A DNA stretch of 64,000 nt, from sequence record OR995200.1. One strand, 5' to 3'. The stretch comes from Escherichia phage JY01. Within the stretch, counting starts at the first letter, position 1. Each line of letters begins with the position of its first letter. The translations under genes were made by a program, and so were the position numbers. The notes beneath the pieces were generated by a model. That model did not search any database and had not been told where the DNA came from. It saw only the letters and a list, made by a program, of their open reading frames with translations. This document shows, in pieces, positions 53,852 to 64,000 of this stretch.

Positions 53852-53859
53852 TATAAATA
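53852..53859 (+). promoter_or_regulatory. late promoter (TATAAATA) for gene 34
   Basis: exact TATAAATA ~35 bp upstream of the gene 34 ATG. Confidence 0.65.
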
Positions 53860-53893
53860 CTTATTATTGAAAACACAATAGGAGCCCGGGAGA

Positions 53894-56800
53894 ATGGCCG
53901 AGATTAAAAGAAAGTTCAGAGCAGAAGACGGTCTGGACGCAGGTGGTGATAAAATAATCAACGTAGCTTTAGCTGATCGTACCGTAGGAACTGACGGTGT
54001 AAACGTTGATTACTTAATTCAAGAAAACACAGTTCAACAATATGATCCAACTCGTGGATATTTAAAAGATTTTGTAATCATTTATGATAACCGCTTTTGG
54101 GCTGCTATAAATGATATTCCAAAACCAGCAGGAGCTTTTAATAGCGTACGATGGAGAGCGTTACGCACTGATGCAAACTGGACAACTGTTTCGTCAGGAC
54201 CTTATCAATTAAAATCAGGCGAATCGATTTCAGTTAACACCGCAGCGGGTAATGACATTACATTTACTTTGCCATCTTCTCCAATTGATGGTGATACTAT
54301 CGTTCTCCAAGATATTGGAGGAAAACCTGGAGTTAACCAGGTTTTAATTACAGCTCCGGTACAAAGCATTGTAAACTTTAGAGGTCAACAAGTACGCTCA
54401 GTACTAATGACTCATCCAAAATCACAGATAGTTTTAATTTTTAGTAATCGTCTGTGGCAAATGTATGTTGCTGATTATAGCAGAGAAGCGGCAGTTGTAA
54501 CACCGGCAAGTCTTTATCAAGCGCAATCAAACGATTTTATCGTGCGTAGATTTACTTCTGCTTCAGCAATTAATATTAAACTTCCAAGATTTGCTAATCA
54601 TGGCGATATTATTAATTTCGTTGATTTGGATAAATTAAATCCACTTTATCACACAATTGTTACCACATACGACGAAACGACTTCAGTACAAGAAGTTGGA
54701 ACTCATTCCATTGAAGGTCGTACATCTATTGATGGTTTCTTGATGTTTGATGATAATGAGAAATTGTGGAGATTGTTTGACGGGGATAGTAAAGCACGTT
54801 TACGCATTATAACGACTAATTCTAATATTCGTCCAAATGAAGAAGTCATGGTATTTGGCGCAAATAATGGAACAACCCAAACAATTGAACTTCAGCTTCC
54901 AACTGATATTTCTATCGGTGATACTGTTAAGATTTCCATGAATTATATGAGAAAAGGACAAACAGTTAAAATCAAAGCTGCCGGTGAAGATAAAATTGCT
55001 TCTTCAGTTCAATTGCTGCAATTTCCAAAACGTTCAGAATACCCACCTGAAACTAAATGGGTGACTGTTCAAGAATTAGTTTTTAATGGCGAAACCAATT
55101 ATGTTCCAGTTTTACAGCTTGCTTATATCGAAGATTCCGATGGAAAATATTGGGTTGTACAGCAAAACGTTCCAACTGTAGAAAGAGTAGACTCTTTAAA
55201 TAATTCTACTAGAGCAAGATTAGGCGTAATTGCTTTAGCTACACAGGCTCAAGCTAATGCTGATCTAGAAAATTCTCCACAAAAAGAATTGGCAATTACT
55301 CCAGAAACGTTAGCTAATCGTACTGCTACAGAAACTCGTAGAGGTATTGCAAGAATAGCAACAACTGCGCAAGTAAACCAGGATACCACATTCTCTTTTG
55401 CTGATGATATTATCATCACTCCTAAAAAGCTGAATGAAAGAACAGCTACTGAAACTCGCAGAGGTGTTGCTGAAATTGCTACGCAGCAAGAAACTAATGC
55501 AGGAACCGATGATACTACAATCATCACTCCTAAAAAGCTTCAAGCCCGCCAGGGTTCTGAGTCATTATCTGGTATTGTAACTTTTGTATCTACTGCAGGT
55601 GCTACTCCAGCTTCTAGCCGTGAATTAAATGGTACGAATGTTTATAATAAAAACACTAATAATTTAGTTGTTTCGCCAAAAGCTTTGGACCAGTATAAAG
55701 CTACGCCTACTCAACAGGGTGCAGTAATTTTAGCAGTTGAAAGTGAAGTAATTGCTGGTCAAAGTCAAGAAGGATGGGCAAATGCTGTTGTAACGCCAGA
55801 AACGTTACACAAAAAGACATCAACTGATGGAAGAATTGGATTAATTGAAATTGCTACGCAAAGTGAAGTTAATACAGGAACTGATTATACTCGTGCAGTC
55901 ACTCCTAAAACTTTAAATGACCGTAGAGCAACTGAAAGTTTAAGTGGTATAGCTGAAATTGCTACACAAGTTGAATTCGACGCAGGCGTCGACGATACTC
56001 GTATCTCTACACCATTAAAAATTAAAACTAGATTTAATAGTACTGATCGTACTTCTGTTGTTGCTCTATCTGGATTAGTTGAATCAGGAACTCTCTGGGA
56101 CCATTATACCCTTAATATTCTTGAAGCAAATGAGACACAACGTGGTACACTTCGTGTAGCTACACAAGTTGAAGCTGCTGCAGGAACATTAGATAATGTT
56201 TTAATAACTCCTAAAAAGCTTTTAGGTACTAAATCTACTGAAGCGCAAGAAGGTGTTATTAAAGTTGCAACACAAACCGAAACTGTTGCTGGAACATCGG
56301 CAAATACTGCTGTATCTCCAAAAAATTTAAAATGGATTGTGCAGAGTGAACCTACTTGGGCAGCTACTACTGCAGTAAGAGGCTTTGTTAAAACTTCATC
56401 TGGTTCAATTACATTCGTTGGTAATGATACAGCCGGTTCTACTCAGGACTTAGAGCTATACGAGAAAAATAGCTATGCAGTATCACCATACGAATTAAAC
56501 CGTGTATTAGCAAATTATTTGCCATTAAAAGCAAAAGCTGCAGATAGTAATTTATTGGATGGTCTAGATTCATCTCAGTTCATTCGTAGGGATATTGCGC
56601 AGACGGTTAATGGTTCACTAACCTTAACTCAACAAACGAATCTGAGTGCCCCTCTTGTATCATCTAGTACTGCTACGTTCGGTGGATCAGTTTCAGCAAA
56701 TAGTACATTAACTATTTCTAATACTGGAACAGCAACTCGATTGATTTTTGAGAAAGGACCTCAAACTGGAACAAACCCAGCCCAAACGATGACTGTTAGA

Positions 56801-57763
56801 GTGTGGGGAAATCAATTTAGTGGGGAATTAGATACAACACGTTCTACCGTATTTGAAGTTAGTGATGAAACATCTAGTCATTTTTATTCTCAGCGCAATA
56901 AAGCCGGAAATATAACATTTAATATCAACGGTACAGTAACACCGATAAATGTTAATGCTTCAGGAACATTGAATGCAAATGGCGTAGCAACATTTGGTAA
57001 TTCAGTCACTGCAACTGGTGAAATTATTTCTCGAAGCGCAAATGCTTTCCGTGCTATTAACGGAAATTACGGTTTCATTGTTCGCAATGATGGATCAGTA
57101 ACGAATTTTATGCTTACTGCATCGGGTGATCAGACTGGTGGATTTAATGGATTACGCCCATTAGCTATTAATAATGCATCTGGCCAAGTAACGATTGGTG
57201 AAAGCTTAATCATTGCCAAAGGTGCTACTATAAATTCAGGTGGTTTGACTGTTAACTCGAGAATTCGTTCTCAAGGTACTAAAACATCTGACTTATATAC
57301 ACGTGCGCCAACATCTGATACTGTAGGATTCTGGTCAATTGATATTAACGATTCAGCTACTTATAACCAGTTCCCAGGTTATTTTAAAATGGTTGAAAAA
57401 ACTAATGAAGTGACTGGTCTTCCATATTTAGAACGTGGCGAAGAAGTTAAATCTCCTGGTACACTGACTCAGTTTGGTAACACACTTGATTCGCTTTACC
57501 AAGATTGGATTACTTATCCAACAACGCCAGAAGCGCGTACCACTCGCTGGACACGTACATGGCAGAAAACCAAAAATTCTTGGTCAAGTTTTGTTCAGGT
57601 ATTTGATGGAGGTAACCCTCCTCAACCGTCTGATATCGGTGCTTTACCATCTGATAATGCTACAATGGGTAATCTTACTATTCGTGATTTCTTACGAATT
57701 GGTAATGTTCGCATTATTCCTGACCCAGTGAATAAAACTGTTAAATTTGAATGGGTTGAATAA
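53894..57763 (+). CDS. 34: long tail fibre proximal subunit gp34
   Basis: 1289 aa; internal repeats (ITPKKL...ATETRRG...IAT); late promoter upstream. Confidence 0.95.
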   Translation: MAEIKRKFRAEDGLDAGGDKIINVALADRTVGTDGVNVDYLIQENTVQQYDPTRGYLKDFVIIYDNRFWAAINDIPKPAGAFNSVRWRALRTDANWTTVSSGPYQLKSGESISVNTAAGNDITFTLPSSPIDGDTIVLQDIGGKPGVNQVLITAPVQSIVNFRGQQVRSVLMTHPKSQIVLIFSNRLWQMYVADYSREAAVVTPASLYQAQSNDFIVRRFTSASAINIKLPRFANHGDIINFVDLDKLNPLYHTIVTTYDETTSVQEVGTHSIEGRTSIDGFLMFDDNEKLWRLFDGDSKARLRIITTNSNIRPNEEVMVFGANNGTTQTIELQLPTDISIGDTVKISMNYMRKGQTVKIKAAGEDKIASSVQLLQFPKRSEYPPETKWVTVQELVFNGETNYVPVLQLAYIEDSDGKYWVVQQNVPTVERVDSLNNSTRARLGVIALATQAQANADLENSPQKELAITPETLANRTATETRRGIARIATTAQVNQDTTFSFADDIIITPKKLNERTATETRRGVAEIATQQETNAGTDDTTIITPKKLQARQGSESLSGIVTFVSTAGATPASSRELNGTNVYNKNTNNLVVSPKALDQYKATPTQQGAVILAVESEVIAGQSQEGWANAVVTPETLHKKTSTDGRIGLIEIATQSEVNTGTDYTRAVTPKTLNDRRATESLSGIAEIATQVEFDAGVDDTRISTPLKIKTRFNSTDRTSVVALSGLVESGTLWDHYTLNILEANETQRGTLRVATQVEAAAGTLDNVLITPKKLLGTKSTEAQEGVIKVATQTETVAGTSANTAVSPKNLKWIVQSEPTWAATTAVRGFVKTSSGSITFVGNDTAGSTQDLELYEKNSYAVSPYELNRVLANYLPLKAKAADSNLLDGLDSSQFIRRDIAQTVNGSLTLTQQTNLSAPLVSSSTATFGGSVSANSTLTISNTGTATRLIFEKGPQTGTNPAQTMTVRVWGNQFSGELDTTRSTVFEVSDETSSHFYSQRNKAGNITFNINGTVTPINVNASGTLNANGVATFGNSVTATGEIISRSANAFRAINGNYGFIVRNDGSVTNFMLTASGDQTGGFNGLRPLAINNASGQVTIGESLIIAKGATINSGGLTVNSRIRSQGTKTSDLYTRAPTSDTVGFWSIDINDSATYNQFPGYFKMVEKTNEVTGLPYLERGEEVKSPGTLTQFGNTLDSLYQDWITYPTTPEARTTRWTRTWQKTKNSWSSFVQVFDGGNPPQPSDIGALPSDNATMGNLTIRDFLRIGNVRIIPDPVNKTVKFEWVE

Positions 57764-57771
57764 GAGGTATT

Positions 57772-58887
57772 ATGGAAAAATTTATGGCAGAGTTTGGACA
57801 AGGATATGTCCAAACGCCATTTTTATCGGAAAGCAATTCAGTAAGATATAAAATAAGTATAGCGGGTTCTTGCCCGCTTTCTACCGCAGGACCATACGTT
57901 AAATTTCAAGATAATCCTGTAGGAAGTCAAACATTTAGTGCAGGTCTTCATTTAAGAGTTTTTGACCCTTCTACAGGAGCATTGGTTGATAGTAAGTCAT
58001 ATGTTTTTTCTACTTCAAATGATACAACATCTGCTGCCTTTGTTAGTTTCATGAATTCTTTTTCAAGCAATAGACTTGTTGCCATATTAACTAGCGGAAA
58101 GGTTAATTTTCCTCCTGAAGTAGTATCTTGGTTAAGAACGGCAGGAACATCTGCTTTTCCATCTGATTCTTTATTGTCAAGATTTGACGTATCATATGCT
58201 GCCTTTTACACTTCTTCTAAAAGAGCTATCGCACTAGAGCATGTTAAACTGAGTAACAGAAAAAGCACAGATGACTATCAAACTATATTAGATGTAGTAT
58301 TTGATAGTTTAGAAGATGTTGGAGCGACAGGATTTCCTAAAAGAACATATGAAAGCGTTGAGCAATTTATGTCAGCTGTTGGTGGAACTAATAACGAAAT
58401 TGCCCGTCTACCTACAGCATCTGCAATAAGTAAACTTTCTGACTATAATTTAATTCCTGGAGATGTTCTTTATCTTAAAGCACAACTATATGCTGACGCT
58501 GATTTATTAGCGTTGGGAACTACTAATATTTCAATTCGTTTTTATAATGCGTCGAATGGATATATTTCCTCGACACAAGCTGAGTTTACTGGACAGGCTG
58601 GGTCTTGGGAATTAAAGGAAGACTATGTAGTTGTTCCAGAAAATGCAGTTGGATTTACGATATATGCACAGAGAACTGCACAAGCGGGTCAAGGCGGTAT
58701 GAGAAATTTAAGCTTTTCTGAAGTGTCAAGAAATGGTGGCATTTCAAAACCTGCTGAGTTTGGCGTCAATGGTATTCGAGTTAATTATATCTGTGAATCT
58801 GCTTCACCTCCGGATATAATGGTACTTCCTACGCAAGCATCGTCTAAAACTGGTAAAGTGTTTGGACAGGAATTTAGAGAAGTTTAA
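57772..58887 (+). CDS. 35: long tail fibre hinge connector gp35
   Basis: 371 aa, position. Confidence 0.9.
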   Translation: MEKFMAEFGQGYVQTPFLSESNSVRYKISIAGSCPLSTAGPYVKFQDNPVGSQTFSAGLHLRVFDPSTGALVDSKSYVFSTSNDTTSAAFVSFMNSFSSNRLVAILTSGKVNFPPEVVSWLRTAGTSAFPSDSLLSRFDVSYAAFYTSSKRAIALEHVKLSNRKSTDDYQTILDVVFDSLEDVGATGFPKRTYESVEQFMSAVGGTNNEIARLPTASAISKLSDYNLIPGDVLYLKAQLYADADLLALGTTNISIRFYNASNGYISSTQAEFTGQAGSWELKEDYVVVPENAVGFTIYAQRTAQAGQGGMRNLSFSEVSRNGGISKPAEFGVNGIRVNYICESASPPDIMVLPTQASSKTGKVFGQEFREV

Positions 58888-58892
58888 ATTGA

Positions 58893-58910
58893 GGGAGCCT
58901 TCGGGTTCCC
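58893..58910 (+). terminator. terminator hairpin after gene 35
   Basis: GGGAGCC-TTCG-GGTTCCC followed by TTTTTCTTT. Confidence 0.6.
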
Positions 58911-58918
58911 TTTTTCTT

Positions 58919-58926
58919 TATAAATA
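58919..58926 (+). promoter_or_regulatory. late promoter (TATAAATA) for gene 36
   Basis: exact TATAAATA ~25 bp upstream of the gene 36 ATG, after the gene 35 terminator. Confidence 0.65.
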
Positions 58927-58949
58927 CTATTAAAATAAAGGGGCATACA

Positions 58950-59606
58950 ATGGCTGATTTAAAAGTAGGTTCAACAACTGGAGGCTCTGTCATTTGGCAT
59001 CAAGGAAATTTTCCATTGAATCCAGCCGGTGACGATGTACTCTATAAATCATTTAAAATATATTCAGAATACAATAAACCGCAAGCGGCTGATAACGATT
59101 TCGTTTCTAAAGCTAATGGTGGTACTTATTTAAATAAAGTAATTTTTAATAAAGGAATGACTGTTCCTGGTGCTGGGTCAGGTGACAACGGTATTTTTGC
59201 CGGTCCTGGTGATAATGCCACATATGATACTACAAATATGGATATTGTTTCATGGTATGGTATCGGCTTTAAATCATCACAAGGGGCAGCAGGTAGAACT
59301 GTAGTAATTAACACACGAAACGGAGATATTAGCTCAAAGGGTGTAATTGAAGCATCACAAATACGCGCAACTTCGTTATCACCAGTAAATAATTATGACC
59401 TTACGAGAAAAGATTATGTTGATGGGGCAATAAATATTGTTACAACAAATGCAAACTCTAGAGTATTACGCTCTGGAGACACTATGACAGGAAATTTAAC
59501 TGCGCCAAACCTTTTTTCACAGAATCCTGCATCTCAACCCTCGCATGTTCCGCGATTTGACCAAATCGTAATTAAGGATTCTGTTCAAGATTTCGGCTAT
59601 TATTAA
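58950..59606 (+). CDS. 36: long tail fibre distal subunit connector gp36
   Basis: 218 aa; late promoter upstream. Confidence 0.9.
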   Translation: MADLKVGSTTGGSVIWHQGNFPLNPAGDDVLYKSFKIYSEYNKPQAADNDFVSKANGGTYLNKVIFNKGMTVPGAGSGDNGIFAGPGDNATYDTTNMDIVSWYGIGFKSSQGAAGRTVVINTRNGDISSKGVIEASQIRATSLSPVNNYDLTRKDYVDGAINIVTTNANSRVLRSGDTMTGNLTAPNLFSQNPASQPSHVPRFDQIVIKDSVQDFGYY

Positions 59607-59614
59607 GAGGACTT

Positions 59615-63737
<4,123 letters not shown>

Positions 63738-63767
63738 TTTGAATAAATATCCTTAAAAGGAGGGTCT

Positions 63768-64000
63768 ATGTCAGCACCTAGAATATCATTTTCGCCCTCT
63801 GATATTCTATTTGGTGTTCTAGATCGCTTGTTCAAAGATAACGCTACCGGGAAAGTTCTTGCTTCCCGGATAGCTGTCGTAATTCTTTTGTTTATGATGG
63901 CGATTGTTTGGTATAGGGGAGATAGTTTCTTTGAGTACTATAAGCAATCAAAGTATGAAACATACAGTGAAATTATTGAAAAGGAAAGAAATGCACGCTT
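63768..64000 (+). CDS. t: holin t (5' partial, runs off the window)
   Basis: ATG at 63768 with GGAGGG SD; translation MSAPRISFSPSDILFGVLDRLFKDNATGKVLASRIAVVILLFMMAIVWY... matches T4 holin; truncated by the window end. Confidence 0.85.
   Translation, partial: MSAPRISFSPSDILFGVLDRLFKDNATGKVLASRIAVVILLFMMAIVWYRGDSFFEYYKQSKYETYSEIIEKERNAR

Noticed and set aside
55249-55543. Two antisense ORFs inside gene 34
   Set aside because: They arise from the repetitive ITPKKL/ATETRRG region of gp34 and are not independent genes.

Overview
This window is a contiguous ~64 kb segment of a T4-like (T-even, Tevenvirinae) Escherichia phage genome. Identifications rest on recognising T4 protein sequences from memory and on motifs read directly in the ORF translations; no database search was run. 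The plus strand carries the late structural modules: terminase gp17, tail sheath/tube 18-19, portal 20, head genes 67-68-21-22-23-24, uvsW, baseplate hub genes 51-27-28-29-48-54, and long tail fibre genes 34-35-36-37-38 followed by the start of holin t. The minus strand carries rnlB, hoc, inh, uvsY, baseplate genes 25-26, and a long early/middle block running gene 32 -> frd -> td -> nrdA -> nrdB -> denA -> rnlA -> alc -> spanins -> pseT -> cd -> 31 -> rIII -> 30.x -> DNA ligase 30 -> alt. The phage is not T4 itself: td and nrdB are uninterrupted (no group I introns), no free-standing homing endonuclease genes are seen where I recall segD, segE and segG in T4, and the fibre tip is T2/T6-type (gp37 with a C-terminal chaperone domain plus a glycine-rich gp38 adhesin). 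The most notable points are two tandem Alt-family ADP-ribosyltransferase paralogues, a NADAR-like ORF beside a HAD-like hydrolase, a tandemly duplicated Ig-like domain in Hoc, a 119-aa ORF between frd and td, a 244-bp GC-rich non-coding spacer, and a duplicated 54-bp promoter-leader cassette. Regulatory signals (TATAAATA late promoters, GTTTAC/-10 early promoters, MotA-box middle promoters, GC-rich tetraloop hairpins) are placed by eye.
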